Below are positions 40,240-48,470 of a DNA stretch of 64,000 nt, piece by piece. The notes under the pieces were generated by a model. It had not been told where the DNA came from, made no database searches, and saw only the letters and a program-made list of their open reading frames with translations. The translations under genes were made by a program, and so were the position numbers. The first letter of the stretch is position 1, and every line of letters starts with the position of its first letter. Source of the DNA: an uncultured virus (IMG/VR IMGVR_UViG_3300013121_000030) (lineage: Duplodnaviria; Heunggongvirae; Uroviricota; Caudoviricetes); IMG/VR virus record IMGVR_UViG_3300013121_000030, positions 32,001 through 96,000 of that record; one strand, given 5' to 3'.

Positions 40240-41531
40240 ACCCTATTCGAGTCTCTGTAGGTTCTCTCAAGCCTTTTTTGGAGGGGATGGAGGTTGTATG
40301 GTCCCATGCCCAGTGGGCACTGATGAAATATGGGGACAACTTTATCGCTAAGGCGGGTGATATTGCTTGGGTAAATGAGGTGAGGGAGCTTCTTTCTCAA
40401 GGGAAGAAGCCCGAAGAGATTGATCGCATACTCAATGAAAAGTGGCATCGCCACCCAAATGGAGGCGGGTGGGTGGCCAAAACAGCTCATGTTGATTCAA
40501 GCGCCTTTGTAGGAGAAAATTCTATAGTCTATGGCAACGCTAAGATCTACGGCAACGCCTGGGTCAACGACAAGGCTAAGATCTATGGCGACGCTCAAAT
40601 CAGTGATAACGCCGAAGTCTACGGCGGTGCTAGGGTATATAACAACGCTAGTGTCTATGGCGATGCCAGAGTCTATGATGAGGCTCGGATTTATGGTAAC
40701 GCCAAAGTCGGCGACAGCGCTCAGGTCCTGGACTTTGCCCATGTCTTTGACAGCGCCATAATTTGTGGAGGTTCACACATTTTTGGTTGTGCCGAGGTAT
40801 TGGGCAACGCCAAAGTCTATGGCAACGCCAAAGTCTACAGCGCCGCCCAGGTCTCAAACGACGACCAGGTTTGTGGGAGCGCCAGGATTGACGGTGGGCA
40901 TCGCTTCGCTCTCATCGATCATGCTATGGACCTCGCACGTACTAAAAGTTCCTTTCCTGGTGTCCCCATGGGACCTGGTTTTGAGGGACTCCGAGTGGAT
41001 CCAGAAGTGGTCTTCACATGCCGTGAAGAAATGGGGATTGCGTCATACAATCCGCGTGGTCTGGTTCGCCTTCTGGTCACGAGAGAAACTTGCGACAGCA
41101 GCACTCCGTCCATGCTGGCCCGCTCCGCAACAGAGGCGTTGGTGCGCGTCGGTGGACGCGCCTCTGCAACTCTCATTTCACATCTAGCAGCCCAACTCCT
41201 CAAACGGATGGGTCTCCCCGAGTCCCCAACGGCCCAATCCATCCTCATGGTCCTCACGCCCATCGCGGCTCACGCCGTGGGTGTCCGACTCCAAAACGTC
41301 CGCCTCCAACAGTGGTCGCAAGAGGCCCTTCAATCAGTCCTCGCCCAAATGGGCACGGACTTCATTCAGTCCCTCTGGCCCCACGTTCAGGACCACGCCG
41401 AGGTCTTCTTGAAGAACTCCGAAGCTCTGGGAGGAGTTTCCAAAGAACTCCTGTCAGGCAACAGTGTAGACGATCTCTTGACCCTGAAGGGAGGCGATAC
41501 AGCTATCCCCATTCCAGTTGTTGAAGGCTGA
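40236..41531 (+). CDS. Chimeric protein: hexapeptide (left-handed beta-helix) repeats + MCP C-terminal fragment + hydrophobic tail
   Basis: ATGA overlap with the MTase stop; repeated A(K/R/E)(V/I)YG(N/D); internal NPRGLVRLLVTR. Confidence 0.6.
   Translation: MNPIRVSVGSLKPFLEGMEVVWSHAQWALMKYGDNFIAKAGDIAWVNEVRELLSQGKKPEEIDRILNEKWHRHPNGGGWVAKTAHVDSSAFVGENSIVYGNAKIYGNAWVNDKAKIYGDAQISDNAEVYGGARVYNNASVYGDARVYDEARIYGNAKVGDSAQVLDFAHVFDSAIICGGSHIFGCAEVLGNAKVYGNAKVYSAAQVSNDDQVCGSARIDGGHRFALIDHAMDLARTKSSFPGVPMGPGFEGLRVDPEVVFTCREEMGIASYNPRGLVRLLVTRETCDSSTPSMLARSATEALVRVGGRASATLISHLAAQLLKRMGLPESPTAQSILMVLTPIAAHAVGVRLQNVRLQQWSQEALQSVLAQMGTDFIQSLWPHVQDHAEVFLKNSEALGGVSKELLSGNSVDDLLTLKGGDTAIPIPVVEG
41047..41080 (+). 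repeat. 34-bp direct repeat, copy 2
   Basis: Identical to 37993-38026. Confidence 0.95.
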
Positions 41532-41789
41532 CACTTCATCTCCCACGAGCACCTGAGCGTCTCGAAGATAGGGCCGCAATAGATCTTCTTTTTCCTTGGC
41601 CGGGAATCCCCGGAGAACACAGTAAATGCCGAAGGCCAGTTCATCGAAGAGCTGGAGGATTTCTTCTCTGGAAAGGGGTGGACATTCCCCAAACCAACGA
41701 GGGGCAATGAGCCTCATGAAGGTCTCCACAACATCACAGAAGTCGTTGTCTCCCAAACGAACGCAGAGGATGGGCTGTTTTGGGTTCAT
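41454..41789 (-). CDS. Hypothetical protein
   Basis: Coupled to 41786..42028; convergent overlap with the + strand ORF. Confidence 0.55.
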   Translation of the reverse strand: MNPKQPILCVRLGDNDFCDVVETFMRLIAPRWFGECPPLSREEILQLFDELAFGIYCVLRGFPAKEKEDLLRPYLRDAQVLVGDEVSAFNNWNGDSCIASLQGQEIVYTVA

Positions 41790-42028
41790 TGTTCGAGTTT
41801 CTCAATGTGACCAACGATTTGATCGTACAAATGATCGTCGCGCTCCTGAACACTCGTTGCGCCATCGGCGGACACTCTCAAAATACGATATATGCCATTT
41901 GCGTTGATTGAAAGATCCGCTCCCCGTGGACCTCGACGGACCAGAGAAATAAACTCAATCCCTTTGTCCCGCAGCAAGAGCTGCACAGCTTCCTGGAGAG
42001 ATAGTGAGATTTTTGGACGGCCCGACAT
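41786..42028 (-). CDS. Hypothetical protein
   Basis: 80-aa ORF with ATGA-type coupling to the next gene. Confidence 0.5.
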   Translation of the reverse strand: MSGRPKISLSLQEAVQLLLRDKGIEFISLVRRGPRGADLSINANGIYRILRVSADGATSVQERDDHLYDQIVGHIEKLEQ

Positions 42029-42106
42029 GTGAGGGGGTGTGTAGATTGGGCTACACTACGACTTCAATACCCCAGCAGGGACTTCCCGCTGGGGTATTCT
42101 GTGGCC

Positions 42107-42556
42107 TTACTCGACGTCCCCCTCAGCATCCTCGGCATCCTCATCCCCCCCAGGGTCCCGAGGATCGAAATCGTCCAGAGGGCCATCGTAGGACACCCCG
42201 TAGCCCTCCACCTTGAGGTGGATCTTGGCGGTCTTCTTGATCCCTGACCACCATGACACCTCGGGAGCGGTCACGGTGTACGTGAACTCCTCGCCCATGT
42301 TGCGGGTCCCGGCCGGGTAGAGGTAGAGGCCGCCGGGCGTGGTCTCATCTCCCTTGAGAGCGGAGATGATCTGCACCGCCATGTCGTGGCCGCCATTGAT
42401 CTGGCGAGCGTCAGAGATCCCGTTGACGACGGGTCGGCCGGCGAGGATCCCCTTGAGGTCCGCTCCGTGCCCAGACGGATAGCCGTCGTACTGGCGATAG
42501 AGGACCGCGATCTCCGTGTCCCCGGTCTTGATGATGGTGAGGCTTCGTGTTCCCAT
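42107..42556 (-). CDS. Conserved phage early protein (MGTRS...YDGYP type)
   Basis: MGTRSLT...LYRQYDGYPSGHG...EFTY motif; ATG 6 nt after the promoter -10. Confidence 0.7.
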   Translation of the reverse strand: MGTRSLTIIKTGDTEIAVLYRQYDGYPSGHGADLKGILAGRPVVNGISDARQINGGHDMAVQIISALKGDETTPGGLYLYPAGTRNMGEEFTYTVTAPEVSWWSGIKKTAKIHLKVEGYGVSYDGPLDDFDPRDPGGDEDAEDAEGDVE

Positions 42557-42562
42557 GCTCCA

Positions 42563-42590
42563 TGGGTAGCACGCGGACCCCCAGGTTACA
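42563..42590 (-). promoter_or_regulatory. Conserved phage promoter (TGTAAC-N16-TACCCA)
   Basis: Motif copy. Confidence 0.7.
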
Positions 42591-42651
42591 CACAGTCCTG
42601 TGTGCCATATCTCACATAGGTAGCCCAGACTGTCCAATCCTCATAGCAACC

Positions 42652-43485
42652 TCATCTCGTGGTGACTTTTTCTTCAAGGATCGAGAAGATGGTGCCCAGA
42701 AACTGTGGGATCCGCTTGGCCATCTCGGAAGCGGAACCGTGGGAAATGGCGACCAACTCACGTTTTCTCATTCCTGGAACAACTTCCTTGGCTTCCAGTT
42801 TGAAAGTGCCGTCATCCTTCTCTGTGGCGAGGATGGATGCCCGGTAGCTGGATCCTCTGACCAACTGGAAGTTCAAGTCCAGATCGTAACCACGGCTGTA
42901 AATCCCAGCTTCGAGGGATTCAATTCCTGTCAGGGCCGAGGCCCTCCGTTTAGCCTCATTGAGTGCGGATTCAAAAGCTGTGAGAATGAGGGACCGCTCA
43001 TTCTCCCGACGCTTCTCTGCCTGATTTTTTTCGTCCAGGGCCTCCCATCCACCCATTTTTTCCACTTCAGAGAAGACCTCACCCAGGAAGGACTGTGCCA
43101 AAATTTTCCCGATCTTGTTGGCTGAGGGTTTTCCTTTTACGGGATTCTTCCCCAAGACCGTAACTCCTGTGGAGACGTCCTTTGGCATGGAGAGAGAAAC
43201 CGTGGAGGAGACTCCAAGATGATAGGCTGCCACACTAACTCTAACTGAGGTCGCGGGTCTGTGGGCGGATGCAGTGTCGACAGTCGCCCATGCCACAGCT
43301 TGGACACCCTTCGCGGCCAAGGGACTGATGGATTTGTTGGCGGTCTTCAGCAGATCTTCCAGATACTTATTCTGAGAGGAAGTTAGTGCATACGCATTCT
43401 GGATCTCTGGCTGTGCCGCAATCCAGCTACGAGCCACCTTGGAGATGAGGGGTTCAAGTGACATGGTGTTCTCCTTCCTGCTCAC
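42652..43485 (-). CDS. Hypothetical protein (N-terminal ISKVARSW motif)
   Basis: 277-aa ORF coupled to the upstream gene. Confidence 0.6.
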   Translation of the reverse strand: MSRKENTMSLEPLISKVARSWIAAQPEIQNAYALTSSQNKYLEDLLKTANKSISPLAAKGVQAVAWATVDTASAHRPATSVRVSVAAYHLGVSSTVSLSMPKDVSTGVTVLGKNPVKGKPSANKIGKILAQSFLGEVFSEVEKMGGWEALDEKNQAEKRRENERSLILTAFESALNEAKRRASALTGIESLEAGIYSRGYDLDLNFQLVRGSSYRASILATEKDDGTFKLEAKEVVPGMRKRELVAISHGSASEMAKRIPQFLGTIFSILEEKVTTR

Positions 43486-43886
43486 AACTTGGAGATCTTC
43501 CGAAGAAGGTCACGGATCAGCTTTGGGCTCGAACTGGCATCCAGCTCCTCCCCAAGGGCATCAATCATGTCGTTTTTGTAAATGCGGATACCTCCCCTCA
43601 AGCTCTTCTCTGCCCTGATCCTTGCCTCCCGCATCTCTGCCGCAGACTTCTCCATATGCATTTGGAGTCCCGTGAGGTTTGTTTTCAGAATCGATAGAGT
43701 TTTGGGGGAGAGCATTGGCTCTACATGCTTCAGCACTCCATGGAGATAGAATATCTGGTCCCACGTCTCTACCAACGCAGGAGCATCATCCATTCCTCTC
43801 CAAGGAGGGGCAGAGACGGCTTGCTTGTGAAACTGGAGAACTGCAGCAGAAAAGCCGGAGAGCATACCTCCGGCTTCGGTACGCAC
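43482..43886 (-). CDS. Hypothetical protein
   Basis: ORF in the - strand operon. Confidence 0.5.
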   Translation of the reverse strand: MRTEAGGMLSGFSAAVLQFHKQAVSAPPWRGMDDAPALVETWDQIFYLHGVLKHVEPMLSPKTLSILKTNLTGLQMHMEKSAAEMREARIRAEKSLRGGIRIYKNDMIDALGEELDASSSPKLIRDLLRKISKL

Positions 43887-43897
43887 GAATTAATGCG

Positions 43898-46114
43898 TCA
43901 GTCGATGTTGAGAGACCAGATCCCCACTGGGTTGTTCTCGTAGGACTTGCACCTCCGCACCTCATACCACCCTGCCTCCATGGAGGTGAGGTGGTCATGT
44001 TCTGGGTGCTCCACCCTCATGCCCCCGGGAGCGTGCAAGAACCCCAGGCGGTTCTTCGGCTCCTTCGCCACAGAGATGTGGAGCGTGATGGGGTCATCTG
44101 TCTGGGAGACGAACGTGTGGGACTCAAAACTGAAGGAGTGCCCACTCTGGGGGTTTTCTGCGACCTTGGCCTTGGCGGCGAGGGGGTCCTTGGACTGACG
44201 AAGGAAGATCAAATCCCCTTGCTGGGCACAGACCCACGATGCAGGGACATTCCCCGCCATGTACTGGTAGCAGCGCTCCACGAGCTGATGCGGGGGCGTG
44301 TTGTGGCCGTCTGTGATGCGACACGGCCGGACACGATGGAAGTGGACCCATGTGGCACCAGAATCCCGCCGCTCAAAGATGATCAGGAAGGTGGGATATC
44401 CGCGCGCCGTGACGGTTCCCGTCAGGGTGAAGAAGCACAGGCCGTAGTCATCCCCCTGCCCATTCAAATTCTTCTCCAGGTCGTTCACGACGATCCCACC
44501 AGTCACAGGATCCGTGAACCCTTCCTCGAAGAGGTAGTAGTTCCGTGAATAGCACCACTGGGTGCGCACCCCACTGACCGAAACCGCAACGTAGGGGATG
44601 GTGACAGTCCGGGTTTCGTTGTCGACCTGGGGCGTGAACGCAGAGCGCTCCTTCCGAGTCTTCTGCGCGTGGGAGACATCCTCGTCGCCTTCGTTGTCCA
44701 TCTCCAGCTCCCACTGGGACTGCACAAACTTGGGCATGGCCTTCCACTTGGGGCCCTTGGTGTGTTTGGTGAGGAACGCAGGCCACTTGAAGAGGGCGTT
44801 CAACCATGGGGTGATGTCCCGTTCGTAGGTAGTCCTGCTTGCGGCGTTCTTCGCCACCTCCGAAATGATGGGAGACCAGCCCTTCTGAGAGAGGGCCTTC
44901 TCCCACAGCAGGAACTCCCGGTTGACGGGGGCTCCATGGTCCCCTGGCTGCGAGAACACCCCTGTGGGGATGTCTCCTGCTGCAATGGCCGCAAAGAGCT
45001 TGGGGTATGCCTCCTTGGTAATCCCAAGGCCCGCAGCCTGGCCCTCCGCCGTCTTCTGCTTGCGGTAGTCCTTCTTGGCTTCTTCTTCGCGTATCTTGTC
45101 CGAGACTCCAGGAAGGGACTCACACAGCCTTCGACGAAATCTCAGGCCATTGATGACGGCCCTGTTTTTCCCAACCCCGACCGAATCAGTCCACGAGTGA
45201 TACCGGAATTCCTCCTGGGAGAATTGGGGTTGGCGTGCATCGCGGAGTGCTGCGACGAGCTTGTCGTAATCCTCCCCAACCGCACGAAGAAACGCCGACA
45301 GGAGCTTGTTGTTGGAGACTCCCTCCCAAGTCCTTGGAGACCGAAGCCACTCGAAGAAGCGAAACTCAAACGGCAGCTCCGTTTTGAGGCGTCCCAGATT
45401 CAGTGCGATGGTCTTCCTTGTCCGGGTTGCCGTCAGCCCCTCATCATCACAATCATACGTCCACGCACTCATGAGGGACGACCAGAGGGTCTCTGGGCCT
45501 CCCTCAAATGAGCTTCCACGGAGGTGGCCCATGATCGTGGGAATCGGGTAATTCTCGCGCAAGGATTCGTAGAAATGGCCCTTCCAGGAACCTACCTCCA
45601 CGTCCACACGAAGATCTGTTCCCTCCACAGTCACGTGCCCCACTGAAGGGCACAGGAACTTTAGATGACGACGGAGGATTTCCCCGCGGAACTCAATCTC
45701 CACCTCTCCAAAGAGGTAGGGTCTCAGATATTTGGACTTCGGTGAACAACGAAGCTCTAGTTCCCATTCCTGTCCAGGAGCATAGGAATCCGCCTCCATG
45801 TAGTGGTTTTCTGTTCTTCCTCTATGAAAGTCACCGGGGATCCGAAAGCTGACCTGAGAGGGGCGAGTAGTTACCTCAGACACCAACTTGGCCTTAAAAA
45901 GATCTGGTGTTGCGACCAGCTTTTCTCGCAACCAATCCGGTGACCGCCTAGAAGGGTGGGTCGAAATCCTCAGATTGGAATCGTCTCCCACAACCCCCAC
46001 CACTCCAAGGCCGGGCGCAATCTCGACACGGTGGATGAGAATCTCTTTGTGCTTGTAGTAGGTGTTCAAGAAGTCAGTGGAAAAGTCAGTGGAAAAAGAG
46101 ACGGAAATGGTCAT
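43898..46114 (-). CDS. Large hypothetical protein with a C-terminal QGD...H.EH...G.Y.V domain
   Basis: 738-aa ORF; AQQGDLIF, ESH, HPEHDH, GWYEVRR motif seen in phage proteins. Confidence 0.65.
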   Translation of the reverse strand: MTISVSFSTDFSTDFLNTYYKHKEILIHRVEIAPGLGVVGVVGDDSNLRISTHPSRRSPDWLREKLVATPDLFKAKLVSEVTTRPSQVSFRIPGDFHRGRTENHYMEADSYAPGQEWELELRCSPKSKYLRPYLFGEVEIEFRGEILRRHLKFLCPSVGHVTVEGTDLRVDVEVGSWKGHFYESLRENYPIPTIMGHLRGSSFEGGPETLWSSLMSAWTYDCDDEGLTATRTRKTIALNLGRLKTELPFEFRFFEWLRSPRTWEGVSNNKLLSAFLRAVGEDYDKLVAALRDARQPQFSQEEFRYHSWTDSVGVGKNRAVINGLRFRRRLCESLPGVSDKIREEEAKKDYRKQKTAEGQAAGLGITKEAYPKLFAAIAAGDIPTGVFSQPGDHGAPVNREFLLWEKALSQKGWSPIISEVAKNAASRTTYERDITPWLNALFKWPAFLTKHTKGPKWKAMPKFVQSQWELEMDNEGDEDVSHAQKTRKERSAFTPQVDNETRTVTIPYVAVSVSGVRTQWCYSRNYYLFEEGFTDPVTGGIVVNDLEKNLNGQGDDYGLCFFTLTGTVTARGYPTFLIIFERRDSGATWVHFHRVRPCRITDGHNTPPHQLVERCYQYMAGNVPASWVCAQQGDLIFLRQSKDPLAAKAKVAENPQSGHSFSFESHTFVSQTDDPITLHISVAKEPKNRLGFLHAPGGMRVEHPEHDHLTSMEAGWYEVRRCKSYENNPVGIWSLNID

Positions 46115-46132
46115 CGTGGGTTTCCTGTGGTG

Positions 46133-47515
46133 TTAGATGTACCCCTCGGCGATGTCCTGAAAGAGATCACGATTGGCAATGACTGCGTGGTTGATCCGCA
46201 CAACCATTCGTTGCGCATCCCTTTCTGGGATTCCGACCCTCTCGGCGAGTTCAGCAGCACGAAGACCCGCGAAGCGATGCGCCTCGAAAACTTGCGCCCA
46301 TGGGAGTTCAGGCTCGTCAAAAAGGTCGGACACGAGCCTCAAGGCTCGCGCCTTGAGGGATTCAAACTCAAGGCGATCCTCAGCGTTCTCTTCGGGATCG
46401 GCCATTCGTTCGAGAGCCAGCTCATCCTTTGGCTGAGCATTCAGGTCATCGAACTGCCCGAATTCCAACCCCACTTCTTCTCGTTGACGTCGCTCTCCCT
46501 CCGTTCGTGCTCCAACCGAAGACCTCAAGAGGGCGTCCTGTCCCTTGTCCCGAACGATGGAACACACCTGCTTTGTAATCCACTGGCGTGCAGCTGCAGC
46601 GTTGATCTTCCCCTCAATGATATGCCGGGAAAAGGCATTGTTGGAGATTTTGCGAGCAATTGCTTCTCGCATCTCATCTTCGGCAGTCCCCGCCGCCGCT
46701 GAGACCGGAAATCGGAGCTTGATCGTCCTCAAAACTCGATCCAGAAAACCCGAAGTGATGTCTTGGTAGGCAATCCAGAATGCGGTGAGATTGGTGCCCA
46801 GATTGTTCTTGGTCCACCGATCCACCGCAGATGGATCCAAGAGCCGAATTTCTCCCCCATCCTGGGGCGAAAGACGTGAGAGTCCCACCTGGAACTTGAG
46901 CTGACTCAACACCCGTGCCTTTCGCAGAATCGTCAGCAGAGGCAAGTCTGGGTATTGACGACACATGAAGATGTGCAAGTCTCCCTCGCTCATCATCCCC
47001 CGAAAGTAAGGGTGAAAGTCCTCAGGCATGGAGGACAGAAGGACTTCAGCGAAGATGTCCCGCGCAGAATCCATGTCTGCCGAACATCGGAGTCGTTCTC
47101 CCAGCAGAGAGGGACTCCCGTCCTCTTGGAGGAGTTGCAACATCCGTGCGGATCGTCGACACGTCTCCAAATACTGCGTCGAGTATCCTGCCGTCCCCCT
47201 CAGAAGAAGCCGATAGATTCCCACATCCCCAACGGAAGGAAGAGAAGTCAACGACCACCCCCCACGTCCCACAGGGATCTCCCCCGATGTTGGGGGATTT
47301 GACCTGTGACTAGGGCCCACCCGAACCACGGGGATTTGATGTAGGATCCGAAGGATCTCTGCATCAAACTCCTCCACTGGAAGACGGTCTGCCCAGCGAT
47401 CTGCACCACAATAGGATCGGACCCGATCCAAAAATTGGGTTGTTTGGATGGATGACGTTTGCGCCAAAAGGGCGCAAAGAACGGTCGACCACGGAATCGT
47501 GGTTGGGAGCTTCAT
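46133..47515 (-). CDS. Sigma-70/ECF-like factor with an N-terminal extension
   Basis: Region-2-like AEDEMREA...RQWITKQV..IVRD; region-4 HTH FEAHRFAGLRAAELAERVGIPERDAQRMVVR. Confidence 0.6.
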   Translation of the reverse strand: MKLPTTIPWSTVLCALLAQTSSIQTTQFLDRVRSYCGADRWADRLPVEEFDAEILRILHQIPVVRVGPSHRSNPPTSGEIPVGRGGWSLTSLPSVGDVGIYRLLLRGTAGYSTQYLETCRRSARMLQLLQEDGSPSLLGERLRCSADMDSARDIFAEVLLSSMPEDFHPYFRGMMSEGDLHIFMCRQYPDLPLLTILRKARVLSQLKFQVGLSRLSPQDGGEIRLLDPSAVDRWTKNNLGTNLTAFWIAYQDITSGFLDRVLRTIKLRFPVSAAAGTAEDEMREAIARKISNNAFSRHIIEGKINAAAARQWITKQVCSIVRDKGQDALLRSSVGARTEGERRQREEVGLEFGQFDDLNAQPKDELALERMADPEENAEDRLEFESLKARALRLVSDLFDEPELPWAQVFEAHRFAGLRAAELAERVGIPERDAQRMVVRINHAVIANRDLFQDIAEGYI

Positions 47516-47588
47516 AATCTGTCCTGTGGTGTGTGGGAACGGGAACGTTGAGTGTAGACCGCTCCCCGAAGTCCGGATGTAAGGTCCC

Positions 47589-47831
47589 TTACAACAGGGG
47601 CCGAGGTACTGTGAGTCGCTTCACAGTGCCCCCAGGGGGGCACTGTCGGTATGCTTCAGCACGAAAGTGGAACTCGCCGATGATGTCCTCACCCACTTGA
47701 ACCCTCCACCGATAGCAAGAGGGTCTCTTGGAGTCCTTCTCCACAACGCGCCTTTCTCGTGCGTAGCCCGCACTTCGCGTTGTGGAGGTGAAGACATCAG
47801 GAGATGGGTCCCTGAAGTAGCGAGTCGTCAC
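47589..47831 (-). CDS. Small hypothetical protein
   Basis: GTG 6 nt after the promoter -10. Confidence 0.55.
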   Translation of the reverse strand: MTTRYFRDPSPDVFTSTTRSAGYARERRVVEKDSKRPSCYRWRVQVGEDIIGEFHFRAEAYRQCPPGGTVKRLTVPRPLL

Positions 47832-47837
47832 ACCCCC

Positions 47838-47865
47838 AGTGTAGCACGACTTGGACCGACTTACA
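47838..47865 (-). promoter_or_regulatory. Conserved phage promoter (TGTAAG-N16-TACACT)
   Basis: Motif copy. Confidence 0.7.
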
Positions 47866-47868
47866 CAA

Positions 47869-48366
47869 CTAATTGTCGAACCAGAACACGATCCGGCAGG
47901 GTTGGTCGGGCTTCTCCAAGGACTTCATGAAGGTATGGATAGCCTTCATGAGGTTGGCGGCATAAGGATCTTCGGGTCTGCAGTGACGGAGGATCTTCGT
48001 GACCTCCTCCGTTCCGAGCCACGAGGGAGTATGACGGTCTGGATTTGTGATCCGAACAGGGACCCCATTCTTCTCCTCCCAGACCTGGCAAATGCCCCTG
48101 GAGATCCATTTTCGAGCGTTCTCTGTGGTGACAACTCTCTCCACCGAGCTTTCCTCGTCACTCACCCAGAGCAAGTATTTGTCCTGAACCCTCCAGGAGA
48201 TGTCCTTCGGAATCCCCTTTGGGGGTAGGGACTTCGCGGTTTCATACCTGACCCCGGCCAGGAGAGAGAACACCGAGTATTGGCGGGGGTAACAGAACTC
48301 GCCCACAAATTTCCATTCCCCCGCTCGCTGCTGCTCCACAAACGGACCATGAATGTCGGTTCCCAT
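47869..48366 (-). CDS. Conserved phage hypothetical protein (MGTDIH...RIVFWFDN type)
   Basis: MG.DIH, R.Y..F..LAGVR, HTPSWL, RIVFWFDN motif; SD GAGGA. Confidence 0.75.
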   Translation of the reverse strand: MGTDIHGPFVEQQRAGEWKFVGEFCYPRQYSVFSLLAGVRYETAKSLPPKGIPKDISWRVQDKYLLWVSDEESSVERVVTTENARKWISRGICQVWEEKNGVPVRITNPDRHTPSWLGTEEVTKILRHCRPEDPYAANLMKAIHTFMKSLEKPDQPCRIVFWFDN

Positions 48367-48388
48367 GCTCTGAATTCCTCTCACCCGG

Positions 48389-48416
48389 AGAGTAGCACGA
48401 TGGCTAGGAAGTTACA
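48389..48416 (-). promoter_or_regulatory. Conserved phage promoter (TGTAAC-N16-TACTCT)
   Basis: Motif copy. Confidence 0.7.
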
Positions 48417-48470
48417 TGGAGAGTGAGCCTGATCAGTCTCACAGGCGCGGATCGCGCGCTGCGTCAGGGG

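Noticed and set aside
37993-41080. MCP 3' duplication as a diversity-generating retroelement TR/VR pair
   Set aside because: No reverse transcriptase in the window, the repeat is short, and flanking differences are not adenine-specific
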